Numbered from the stretch's first letter, positions 39,470 through 48,757 are shown. The stretch is DNA of 64,000 nt from Bacteroidales bacterium (GCA_012838585.1 DUPB01000031.1:1017-65016); one strand, 5' to 3'. The notes: generated by a model not told the origin, from the letters alone. A program made the numbers and translations.

Positions 39470-40858
39470 ATGTTTTCAAAAGAGACGTACATTTCCAGGA
39501 GAGAACAATTGAAAAAAAAGTTTCAATCAGGCGTACTGCTTTTTTTAGGCAACGACGAGTGTGGTATCAACTATGAGGACAACACCTACTATTACCGGCA
39601 GGATAGCAGCTTCCTCTACTATTTCGGCATAAGTAGGCCCAACCTCGCGGCACTGATCGATATTGACGAAAACAGGGAGTATATTTTTGGCGATGAGGCC
39701 ACCATCGACCTGATTGTTTGGACCGGCTCCCAACCCTCCATACAGGAGTTAGCCGAACGAGTAGGCGTTAAAAATACCAACAGCTTATCACGCTTAACAG
39801 AGAAACTCAGGAAAACCGATAAGGAAAAAATCCACTATCTACCACCCTATCGCGCGGAGCATATTCTAAAACTCAATCACCTGTTGGGGTATCCGAAAGA
39901 GGAGATTTCTGCAAAAACAAGTAAAAAGCTGATTGAAGCAGTAGCCAATCAACGCAATATCAAATCGGAAGAGGAGATCAATGAAATTGAAACAGCGGTT
40001 AGCGTGTCGTCAGAGATGCATAAGAGGGCCATGAATTTCGCCCGTCCCGGCATGACGGAAGCCCAAGTAACCGCGGTGGTTCATGAAACAGCACTTGCGG
40101 CGGGCGGTAATATAGCTTTCCCGATTATCGCGACCATCAACGGGCAGTTCCTTCATAATCACTACCATGGCAACACCATTCATGAAGGTCAACTATTCTT
40201 ACTGGATGCTGGCTATGAAACCCCATTGGGATATGCCGGAGATTTGAGCAGCACATTTCCAGTGTCCAGAAAATTCACTGAACGTCAAAAAGAGATTTAC
40301 CAAATAACGTTGGAAGCTCATAACATCGCTATTAAAATGTCCATGCCCAATGTCAACTTTAAAAATGTGCATATGCACGTTTGCGAATTTATTTTTGACA
40401 GACTAAAAGAGCTCGGTTTAACGAAAGGCAACACTCAGGACGCGGTTGAAAACGGAGCGCACGCGTTATTCTTCCCTTGCGGAACAGGTCATCTTTTGGG
40501 ATTGGATGTACACGATATGGAAAGTTTGGGAGAGGAGATTGTAGGATATAACAATGTACCTAAAAGCACACAATTCGGCTTAAAATCTCTTCGCTTGGGA
40601 AGGGAGCTTGAACCCGGTTTCGTACTTACTATCGAGCCCGGAATCTATTTTATACCCGAGCTGATTGATTATTGGCGGGAGAAAAAAATCAATACCGATT
40701 TCATCAATTTCGATGAAGTTGATACATATCGGGACTTTAGCGGCATCCGCAACGAGGAAAATATCTTAATTACGGAAACAGGAAACCGCGTACTCGGCAA
40801 ACCGTTGGCTAAAAGCATCGAAGATGTGGAGGCTGAGCGAAGGGTCGCTTTTATGTGA
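39470..40858 (+). CDS. pepP: Xaa-Pro aminopeptidase/prolidase (M24B)
   Basis: AMP_N-like N-terminus (YRQDSSFLYYFG). Metal ligands LLDAG, GDLSSTF, GHLLGLDVHD, TIEPG, RNEE. No signal peptide. Confidence 0.85.
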   Translation: MFSKETYISRREQLKKKFQSGVLLFLGNDECGINYEDNTYYYRQDSSFLYYFGISRPNLAALIDIDENREYIFGDEATIDLIVWTGSQPSIQELAERVGVKNTNSLSRLTEKLRKTDKEKIHYLPPYRAEHILKLNHLLGYPKEEISAKTSKKLIEAVANQRNIKSEEEINEIETAVSVSSEMHKRAMNFARPGMTEAQVTAVVHETALAAGGNIAFPIIATINGQFLHNHYHGNTIHEGQLFLLDAGYETPLGYAGDLSSTFPVSRKFTERQKEIYQITLEAHNIAIKMSMPNVNFKNVHMHVCEFIFDRLKELGLTKGNTQDAVENGAHALFFPCGTGHLLGLDVHDMESLGEEIVGYNNVPKSTQFGLKSLRLGRELEPGFVLTIEPGIYFIPELIDYWREKKINTDFINFDEVDTYRDFSGIRNEENILITETGNRVLGKPLAKSIEDVEAERRVAFM

Positions 40859-40976
40859 TATTTAAAGGAGGTAAAGCATTTGTAAATACAAGAAACGAAA
40901 ATTATGCCTACAAGAGACCATTTGGCGATGTATTAGTTGTTCCTATTGGGTCTTTTGGGTGGAAGCATAGTTAGAA

Positions 40977-43517
40977 CTAAGAGGAGAGTTTAGAAACAGT
41001 CCTTTTCCTGTACGCGAGGATGCCAAGGAGAAGGATGAGCCCAAAGGCGGCCGCGATATACAGGAAAACAGCGACCGATCCGCTGGTATGCCCGTAAGAG
41101 TGCATACCGCTCAGGAAGTAGTTCACCCCCAGGAAGGTCATTAACACCGATGAGAAAGCAAGTACCGAGAGGAAGTTAAACAACCAGGTGTAGTTTCCCT
41201 TTTTCGCCAAGTGGATATGCGTAACGATGGCGTAAATCACCACGGTAATCAACGCCCAAGTCTCCTTGGGATCCCATCCCCAGTAGCGCCCCCACGACTC
41301 GTTGGCCCAAACGGCACCAAGGAAAGTCCCGGTAGTCATCAAGGCAAGTCCCACCAGCAGCGACAGGTTATTGATGATGCTTAGCTCTTTCACACGGGAG
41401 GTTACAGCGGCATCGTTCTTGGTGAACGCTATCAGGGAGAGGTTGGTGATACCCAGCAGGAAGCTGATGCCGAAAAAGCCGTAGGCCGCCACGATGACCG
41501 CCACGTGAAACATCAGCCAGGGCGACTTCAATACGGGTACTAACGTGTTGATCTGAGGATCCATCCAGTTGAGCCCCGACACGAACAGGATCACCCCCCC
41601 GAAGAGGGTTGCCAAGGCAAGCGTGAGGCTGTTCTTCCGCCCAAAGAGCAACCCGGCCAGCACCGTGGCCCAGGCGATATAGACCATCGTTTCGTAGGAG
41701 TTGCTCCAGGGTGCGTAGCCGGAGATATACCACCGTAGCCCCATACCGAACATATGGTAAAGAAAGATCAAGACGACAGCGATGGTTAGTACACGAGAGG
41801 CGTAGGTCAACCAAGAACGACTCCTGAATAACTGAACCGCGGCCACCAGAAGCAAAAGTCCCCCGAGAATAAAGTACCCCACCTTGCATCGGCCGAAAAT
41901 GTTCATCTCGTTGTAATGCACTTCCGCCCTTAACTTCTTGGGGTTAATAAGCTGTGCCTTATCATTCTTCAACTGATGTGCTTCAAGTAGCCAGAGCACG
42001 TCACCCGCTTTATCCCAGTCGCCGCTCCTCACCGCGTGTCCCACTTCCGATAGGTACAAAGAGAAGGTTTGGGTGATAAAGAGCGAATCTTGTCGCGGGA
42101 AGTGGCTCAAATCTTCCCCAGGGGCATACCAAGTGTGGGTCGGGTCGTTCGGATCCGGGAAAATACCGGGAATCGAATAGTTAAAAAGCTGGTAGACGAT
42201 GTTGACCCGTTCATCCAGGTTGATCAGCTCTTTATCCAGTGTACTCCTCTCATTGACCGGTCGGTGAAAAGCCTCTTGCAAACGCGGCAACAAGCAGTAA
42301 CGCCCCTCCTCATCAAAAAAGTCAGCATATGCCGCGTAGCTGCCAGGCAATTCATACATGAACTGTATCAGCTCATTGTCCACCACGATAAGCGGCACCA
42401 TCGACCAAACACGCGGCATCGCGAAGAGGCTCAACAGAAACCGATCGGGGTTGAGACCCTCGAAATCCCTCTCCTTATGAAGTTTCCGGAGGATTTCAGA
42501 AGAGAAGGTGTTCATCGGCATCACCCGCCCCCGGAACTGAACCGGCAGGGCGCCGAAACGAGCCGCATGCTCGACAGGCACGGCGTTCTGTAACGCGGTC
42601 TCCAACGCGGCGTGGTGTGCATCCATCCCCACCCTGACTGACGGGGAAACTTGCATGGGTTGGCTCACCTCTAAGCTGTCATCGAGTAAGGGGGCTAACA
42701 TGGTGTCAGACGTAGATTCCTGCCCGATAACCGTTGAAGGGAACAGCCCCAGGAAGAAGCACAAGGGAAGAGCGGGCAGTACCTTTCTCGCTTGCTTTCT
42801 GACCCCTTTCAACTGCTTAAGCAGCGTGCGAAAGCGTGAATTGGGGACGAAGAATATAAGGATAAAGCCGATAATCAGGAGGAGGTAGCCGGAATAGGTG
42901 ATGGTTCTTCCGGCCACATCCCGGTTCACGGAGAGGACGGTCCCTTTTTCGTCGGGATCATAGGATGCCTGAAAGAAGCGGTACCCCTTCAGGTCCAACA
43001 CGTTGTTCATAAAAACCCGCGCCTCACGCACCTCCCCGTCCAGATGAACAAGCAGATCGCTCTCGTAGGATGAGGGACTTTGGGAACCGGGGTAACGGTT
43101 TAGCGTGAACTTTACCAGTTCCAACTCGAACGGCAGCCGCTCGACCTGAACCCCCTTGGAGGTATACATCACCATCCGGTCGCTTCGCTCCCCCTCCCGG
43201 ATATGTACTTGTCCCTCCTTGCCAAACAGATGGGTGGTTAAGGCTCCCCCAAGGATCACGATCAACGCGAAGTGAATCACCAGAAGGGCCCATTTTTTCC
43301 GAAGAAACCACTTCTCTCGGAAAAGCAGAAGAAGGAAGTTCAGCACCAGCAGGAACTGGAGAAAAATAAACAATGGGGAGTAGTAGACCAGCATTTTCGC
43401 CGCTTCCGTCCCCATTGTTTTCTCAATGAAGGTAGCCGAGGCTAACCCCACCGCGTAAATCGTCATCAGAACGATGGTGCCCCTATAGGATGAAAAGAAT
43501 GTGAATACCCTCTCCAT
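40977..43517 (-). CDS. ccsA: Fused system II cytochrome c synthetase CcsB-CcsA (ResB/ResC)
   Basis: ResB-like N-terminus (IHFALIVILGG), WWD motif WANESWGRYWGWDPKETW, conserved His in MFHVAV and SGMHSY. Confidence 0.9.
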   Translation of the reverse strand: MERVFTFFSSYRGTIVLMTIYAVGLASATFIEKTMGTEAAKMLVYYSPLFIFLQFLLVLNFLLLLFREKWFLRKKWALLVIHFALIVILGGALTTHLFGKEGQVHIREGERSDRMVMYTSKGVQVERLPFELELVKFTLNRYPGSQSPSSYESDLLVHLDGEVREARVFMNNVLDLKGYRFFQASYDPDEKGTVLSVNRDVAGRTITYSGYLLLIIGFILIFFVPNSRFRTLLKQLKGVRKQARKVLPALPLCFFLGLFPSTVIGQESTSDTMLAPLLDDSLEVSQPMQVSPSVRVGMDAHHAALETALQNAVPVEHAARFGALPVQFRGRVMPMNTFSSEILRKLHKERDFEGLNPDRFLLSLFAMPRVWSMVPLIVVDNELIQFMYELPGSYAAYADFFDEEGRYCLLPRLQEAFHRPVNERSTLDKELINLDERVNIVYQLFNYSIPGIFPDPNDPTHTWYAPGEDLSHFPRQDSLFITQTFSLYLSEVGHAVRSGDWDKAGDVLWLLEAHQLKNDKAQLINPKKLRAEVHYNEMNIFGRCKVGYFILGGLLLLVAAVQLFRSRSWLTYASRVLTIAVVLIFLYHMFGMGLRWYISGYAPWSNSYETMVYIAWATVLAGLLFGRKNSLTLALATLFGGVILFVSGLNWMDPQINTLVPVLKSPWLMFHVAVIVAAYGFFGISFLLGITNLSLIAFTKNDAAVTSRVKELSIINNLSLLVGLALMTTGTFLGAVWANESWGRYWGWDPKETWALITVVIYAIVTHIHLAKKGNYTWLFNFLSVLAFSSVLMTFLGVNYFLSGMHSYGHTSGSVAVFLYIAAAFGLILLLGILAYRKRTVSKLSS

Positions 43518-43639
43518 TTACTACCTTTTTACGTGTCGTACCACACGCAACGTACCAAACCGCGCAGCGTAATTAGATACACTGCACGGCAAGATGTGCA
43601 GCACGTGAAGTGATGCTAAGTGTCAAGCCGCACCGCGTG

Positions 43640-44551
43640 TTATGCCTCCTCCCACTGCGTACGAAGCAGTTCCAAGGCAGCCGGTATCACCACTGCCCGG
43701 TCACCCTCGCAGCCGCACTCGAAGCTCACGTACTTATCGTACCCTATCTTCTTCAGTGCCTTAAAACCTTCCACGTAATTATCGGCCTCGCCATCTTCAC
43801 CCGGCGTGAGGCGACGCTTACGGCTCGCGATATGCACATGTTGTAGGTAGTCTCCCGCCGACATGAACGCACCGTAATCGGAAGTCTCTTCCCAAGTCAT
43901 ATGCCAGAAGTCGCCCAGGCAAGTCACCCCCGGGTTGTTGATATCGCGACAGATGGATGCCGCATCGGCTAACAACCTCAAGTAGAAGGCCTCCCTACGA
44001 TTCAACGGCTCCAGGATAACGGTAGTACCATGCTGTTGCGCCAGCGTACCCATCTCGTTAAACTGCTCGCACAAGAAGTCGCGGGTCTCCTGGGTATGGG
44101 GCATCGCCGGTTGCTGGTGGTTGAACGCGGGTACGATAATTACCCCGGTCGATCCCACTTCACCCGCGGCGATAATCAACTGCTCCATGGTGTCGCGGCA
44201 CAGCTTGCGCACCTCGGGGTCGGTCGATAGGATAAACCCATCAAATCCCGCGCAAACCGCGCTCATCTTGATGTTGCGCCCTTGCAAAGCGTCCAGGTAC
44301 TCCTGCTTGCGTGCCAGTAACGCCTTGCCGTGCGGCTCGAAGCCCACTACCCCGTTGGCTTCCATGAAATCGAACTTCTCGTTCAAGTTCTCACCCGGGG
44401 CGTTTCCTTCCTGGAAAGATATTTTCAACTCCACATCGGAAGTATCACTCCCCTTCTTCCCACCTCCGGATATCGAGGTACACCCGCCGACGGCCATTAC
44501 GGCCGATCCGGCGAGTGTAGTCTTAATAAACTTTCTTCTATCAAGTGTCAT
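43640..44551 (-). CDS. Tat-exported lipoprotein, xylose-isomerase-like TIM barrel (sugar phosphate isomerase/epimerase family)
   Basis: Twin-arginine DRRKFIK plus lipobox-like AVGGC. Metal ligands ILEPLN, GDFWH, HVH, SFEC. Confidence 0.85.
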   Translation of the reverse strand: MTLDRRKFIKTTLAGSAVMAVGGCTSISGGGKKGSDTSDVELKISFQEGNAPGENLNEKFDFMEANGVVGFEPHGKALLARKQEYLDALQGRNIKMSAVCAGFDGFILSTDPEVRKLCRDTMEQLIIAAGEVGSTGVIIVPAFNHQQPAMPHTQETRDFLCEQFNEMGTLAQQHGTTVILEPLNRREAFYLRLLADAASICRDINNPGVTCLGDFWHMTWEETSDYGAFMSAGDYLQHVHIASRKRRLTPGEDGEADNYVEGFKALKKIGYDKYVSFECGCEGDRAVVIPAALELLRTQWEEA

Positions 44552-44562
44552 AGTATCCCCTT

Positions 44563-45936
44563 CTATTTGCCGCTTCCCGGTACAGGTACCGTGAATCCGG
44601 ACATATCCATCTTCCCGATATTCAAGTCAGCTGGCGTGTAGTCGAGCGTCGATGCCGTCATGCCATCCCACGTGGTCTCTTGACCCGTGTAGGCCGATTC
44701 ACGCCCCATGATCGCGGCCATATTGGAAACTGCCGTTTCGGATGCCTGCTCGATGGGTTTGTTACCACGGATGCAGTTGATCAGGTTCACGTGCTCCAGC
44801 GTGTAGGGATTGGTTTGCTTGAAGTTGGCCTTTTCTGCCTCGTAATCGAACTTCCATATCTCGTTACCACTGTTGTCCACGATGCGGCAACCACCTTGAG
44901 AAGTCCAGTATCCTTTTGTCCCTTGCACGAACTCGCTCACGTTATTGACACACCCGTCAATCTGGCGGCACATGCTGTGCAGGTGAATCCCGTTCTCCAT
45001 GGTGAAGTCGATGCTAAAGTTATCGTACTGGTCGCCCGTTACACGGCGTTGACGCGAGCCGAAGCCCACCGCGCTCACCGGCTTCAATCCCGAGAACCAG
45101 GTAAAGACGTCGATGTTGTGCACGTGCTGCTCCACGATATGGTCGCCCGACAGCCACTTCCAGTTCACCCAGTCGCGTACCATGAACTCGAAATCGTTCC
45201 ATTGAGGCTGACGCTCGCGGTACCATAGCATGCTCTGGTTCCAGTAAACAACCCCACCGGTAATTTCACCGATAGCCCCGTTCATGATCTGTTGGAACGA
45301 CTCCACGTAGCAACGTTGGTGATGGCGCTGCGTACCGGTAACCACCCGCAGGTTCTTGGCCTCTGCCTGGCGTGCTGCCGCCATGATGGTGCGATACCCT
45401 ACCGCGTCCACGCAAATCGGCTTCTCCAGGAAGCAATGTTTACCCTTTTCCACCGCGTACCTAAAGTGCTCGGGACGGAAGAATGGTGGCGTACAGTCGA
45501 TCAGCACGTCGATATCGCTATCAATCACCTGCTTGTACGCGTCCAGCCCAACAAAGCGCTTTTCAGCCGGGATATCAATCCCTTTCTCATCTTTCAGTTT
45601 ATTGGCTAAGCCGTCTACCCGGTCTTGGAAAACATCGCCCAAAGCAGTGATGGTCACCCCATTAGCCGCGTTTAAAAAGTCCATGGCCGCACCGGAACCT
45701 CGGCCACCGCATCCCACTACGCCCGCTTTTAGTTCTTGGCCGTCCGTTGCCAAGTCTGGTAATTCGGGAATGTAGTAACTGCCCGGTTCCCTCAGAGGCA
45801 CGTTAGCCCCGTTCTTCGTACCCCCGCCACAAGAGGTCAAAAAACCTGCCGATCCGGTACCGATCACGCCAACGGCACCTGCCACGGCAGATGTCTTCAG
45901 GAAGTCTCTCCTGGTTACACTGTTTTCTTTCTTCAT
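44563..45936 (-). CDS. Tat-exported lipoprotein, Gfo/Idh/MocA oxidoreductase
   Basis: TRRDFLK plus lipobox FLTSC. Rossmann GCGGRG, EKP, EQHVHNID. Confidence 0.88.
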   Translation of the reverse strand: MKKENSVTRRDFLKTSAVAGAVGVIGTGSAGFLTSCGGGTKNGANVPLREPGSYYIPELPDLATDGQELKAGVVGCGGRGSGAAMDFLNAANGVTITALGDVFQDRVDGLANKLKDEKGIDIPAEKRFVGLDAYKQVIDSDIDVLIDCTPPFFRPEHFRYAVEKGKHCFLEKPICVDAVGYRTIMAAARQAEAKNLRVVTGTQRHHQRCYVESFQQIMNGAIGEITGGVVYWNQSMLWYRERQPQWNDFEFMVRDWVNWKWLSGDHIVEQHVHNIDVFTWFSGLKPVSAVGFGSRQRRVTGDQYDNFSIDFTMENGIHLHSMCRQIDGCVNNVSEFVQGTKGYWTSQGGCRIVDNSGNEIWKFDYEAEKANFKQTNPYTLEHVNLINCIRGNKPIEQASETAVSNMAAIMGRESAYTGQETTWDGMTASTLDYTPADLNIGKMDMSGFTVPVPGSGK

Positions 45937-46071
45937 GTTGATTTGTCTATTTAAATAATTTACTATTGAATTATTGTTTTACACTTATGTGTACGGTATT
46001 CGCTTTTCTCACGCCACAGCTCCCAAGATAATTCCCGTGCCAATGGATTCCAAGACTATTAAATTCCCAGG

Positions 46072-47652
46072 TTACAGGATTCGCGAATCAGGTTCACAAA
46101 CCACCCTGAAACCAATCCCTTTCACGTCTGAATACCACCAGATGCTCTTGGGCTGTTGCGGGTCGGTTTTAAGCCATGCGTCGTGCTGGGTATGTGCCCG
46201 GCTCGCGCTACGCACGTCAGCCGCGTCAGAGGCGTAATGCCCACCCCGTACTACCCACTCCTCGCCTTCCGTTACCAGCGGGTCACGGGTCACCCCCGAC
46301 CGCTTGGTGTAGGCTCCGGGATCGTACTTATCGGCCGTGTACTCCATCACGTTCCCCAACATGTTCTTCAGCCCAAACGGGTTAGGCAACACTACAGAGG
46401 GCAACTGTGTACGCCCATCGCTATTTTTATCGTATACCACGTACGCGCTAATGCTATCTGTTTTCGCCTTAAAGATGCTCCTCATAAAACCCTGGTCCGA
46501 AAAATGCTTTGGGCTACCCGGGAAGAAGTAGGCGCTTTCGCTCCCACCCCGTGCCGCGTACTCCCACTCTGCTTCGGTGGGAAGGCGGTACTTCTTACCA
46601 GTCTTGGCAGAGAGCCACTGGCAGAACGTTTCGGCAGCATAGTGCGTCATCGTGATGGCTGGCCGGTCACCCTGTCCCCACCCCTGATCCGGGTAACCGA
46701 ACGGGGGCGTGGGGCCCGATATACCATCCACGCCGATAGCATCACGGTTGTTTTGATAGACGGTCTCCGGGGGCGTCCGTCCTTCACTCATCGTCTCGGC
46801 ATAAAACGCCCAGAAGAGATCCCAAGTAGTCTCTACCTCGGCCATAAAGAAGGGACTCAGCTCTACCTCATGCTGAGGCGATTCATCGGAATTCCTAAAC
46901 GGCTCCTTCTCCGGGCTTCCCATCATGAACGTGCCCCCTTTGAGGGCAATCATGTTGAACGACAAAGGGGTACCAGGAACCTGCTCCGTGTAGTTCACGA
47001 AGGCGGTAACAGGTGTGGCCTCCTTGTAGAAGAGGCTCGTGTCGACTTTGGCCGCACTGGCTAAACCGGGAATACCCACCATTTGACCGTGCGAGTAGTT
47101 CGGGTTGTAGTGGCCCGCGTCAAGGTGGCAACTGATACACTGAAGGTCAAGCTCCTCCACGTTCTCGTCGTAGTGCAGGTGCGCGATGATTCCCTCATCG
47201 GTTATGCCTTGTGGAAACAGGTCCTGGTGGCACTTCACGCACGACTCGTTGGGAATGTACTTCACCGCGTACTCCAATTCCGACTTCCTCTCCCAGTTGA
47301 TGTCCGCAGTATCCTTGGTAAGGTATCCCCACACATCCTTTATACCCAGTGACATTTTGGCCGTGTAGTGCGCCCACGTATCATTGGAGGGGGGCAGGTG
47401 GCAATCGATACAATCGACCATCACCCCGCTGCCATTATTCACGTGAACCGAAAGCTTCCAACTTTCGTTCACGTGAGGGTGAACGTGGCACATCATGCAC
47501 GACTCGTTGGTAGAGAAGTAAACCGAAGCCTGGTAGAGGGATGCCACAATGATGATCCCTATTACAATACCAATGGATAAGATGAAACCTTTGCGCTGAT
47601 GAATTTTTTTCTTCCTTGCCTCTTTTTTGACTCTTTTCGAACGTTTAGCCAT
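46072..47652 (-). CDS. NapC/NirT/NrfH tetraheme cytochrome c fused to an FGE/SUMF1-like domain
   Basis: Basic N-tail, one TM helix, four CxxCH (aa 52, 81, 138, 172). FGE-sulfatase-fold motifs GGTFMMGS, EVETTW, RLPTEAEWEYAAR, FGLKNMLGNVMEY, VVRGG, GFRV. Confidence 0.85.
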   Translation of the reverse strand: MAKRSKRVKKEARKKKIHQRKGFILSIGIVIGIIIVASLYQASVYFSTNESCMMCHVHPHVNESWKLSVHVNNGSGVMVDCIDCHLPPSNDTWAHYTAKMSLGIKDVWGYLTKDTADINWERKSELEYAVKYIPNESCVKCHQDLFPQGITDEGIIAHLHYDENVEELDLQCISCHLDAGHYNPNYSHGQMVGIPGLASAAKVDTSLFYKEATPVTAFVNYTEQVPGTPLSFNMIALKGGTFMMGSPEKEPFRNSDESPQHEVELSPFFMAEVETTWDLFWAFYAETMSEGRTPPETVYQNNRDAIGVDGISGPTPPFGYPDQGWGQGDRPAITMTHYAAETFCQWLSAKTGKKYRLPTEAEWEYAARGGSESAYFFPGSPKHFSDQGFMRSIFKAKTDSISAYVVYDKNSDGRTQLPSVVLPNPFGLKNMLGNVMEYTADKYDPGAYTKRSGVTRDPLVTEGEEWVVRGGHYASDAADVRSASRAHTQHDAWLKTDPQQPKSIWWYSDVKGIGFRVVCEPDSRIL

Positions 47653-47837
47653 TATAATTTCTGATAAAGTAAGCTGGGCTATAGATTTTACCTATACATT
47701 TCTGAAATTCGCTATAAAAGTAGGCAATATTATCCTATTTGGAAAAAAATAGCCCTTAAAAGTGCCATTTTGACTACGTATTTCCTGTAATCGCTCGTTT
47801 CCTAAAGGAATTAAATTCCTCAACGGAATCCTTTATT

Positions 47838-48488
47838 TCAACGGGAGTTCGCTTCCTCCTGTGAATCTATCTCCAACGATTTAACTTGCTTGATCAGGCT
47901 TTGTGGTTTCATTCGTCTAACCATCTCTATCTCCATCAGGCGGTCCGGAAAGCGCTTTCGAACATAGTCAATGTCCTCCATGTAGAGCGAATCGGCTTGA
48001 TGATAGCACGCATTCGCAGCCTGCTGCGTAATAAAAGCGCCCAAGCTATCCGGGTATTCCGCCAATACCGCTTTTAGGAACTCGTTGCTACGGTGGAAGC
48101 TCACCTCCGCTTTCTCCGGCTGCTCTTTGGCCGCCTGGAAGAGACCCAGTTGAAACAGGTACTCCCCGGTTATCGCCCCGATCCGGTCAGCCTCCTCCTG
48201 AACCGTTAAGGCCGAATCCAGGTAACCCAGTTCACACAGAAGCCTGGCTTTCAGGCCGTAATAATCGGGGTTAAGGCTATCGATCAACAAGGCTTGATCT
48301 ATCAATCGAATGCAGCTCCACGTGGTATCCACATCGTAGTTGGAGACCCGTTGCAGGGCCTCTTGGTAAAAAACATCCGCCTCCGGGTCAACCGTGTGAG
48401 GGGTAATATCGATGGCAGCACCCGGCTTGCAACCGAAGAGAAGCAGCAAGGGGGCAACCAGCAAGGGTAATGAAAACAGTTTTCGCAT
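47838..48488 (-). CDS. TPR-like helical lipoprotein
   Basis: Lipobox LLFGC and TPR-like helices (IDQALLIDSLNPDYYGLKARLLCELG). Confidence 0.6.
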   Translation of the reverse strand: MRKLFSLPLLVAPLLLLFGCKPGAAIDITPHTVDPEADVFYQEALQRVSNYDVDTTWSCIRLIDQALLIDSLNPDYYGLKARLLCELGYLDSALTVQEEADRIGAITGEYLFQLGLFQAAKEQPEKAEVSFHRSNEFLKAVLAEYPDSLGAFITQQAANACYHQADSLYMEDIDYVRKRFPDRLMEIEMVRRMKPQSLIKQVKSLEIDSQEEANSR

Positions 48489-48608
48489 CTTGATTCAAAT
48501 AAAAGTAATCAACTGGCTTACAAAACTTTCACTGACATTTTCGTTATCATTTCTGCTTTCATACGCGACTGTCCGAAGAAAGTTTCAAGAAACAACAGGT
48601 AATGGTTG

Positions 48609-48646
48609 AAAAAGCAGAAGGGAGACCTAATGATCTCCCTCTCTGC
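48609..48646 (-). terminator. Intrinsic terminator of the SusC/SusD operon
   Basis: Minus strand GCAGAGAGGGAGA-tcattagg-TCTCCCTTCTGC followed by TTTTT. Confidence 0.75.
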
Positions 48647-48757
48647 CGCTATTATGGACGATTACACACAATCGCTCTTCTATCAAACGAACAGTGTAAG
48701 TTAATTTCGCCGGAATTGGTGAGCCCGCCTCAATGAACCAGGCTCACGTGGCTGACC

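Noticed and set aside
46072-46980. True formylglycine-generating enzyme, or a DGR target
   Set aside because: The FGE catalytic cysteines are absent and there is no sulfatase nearby. No reverse transcriptase or template repeat was seen in the window.
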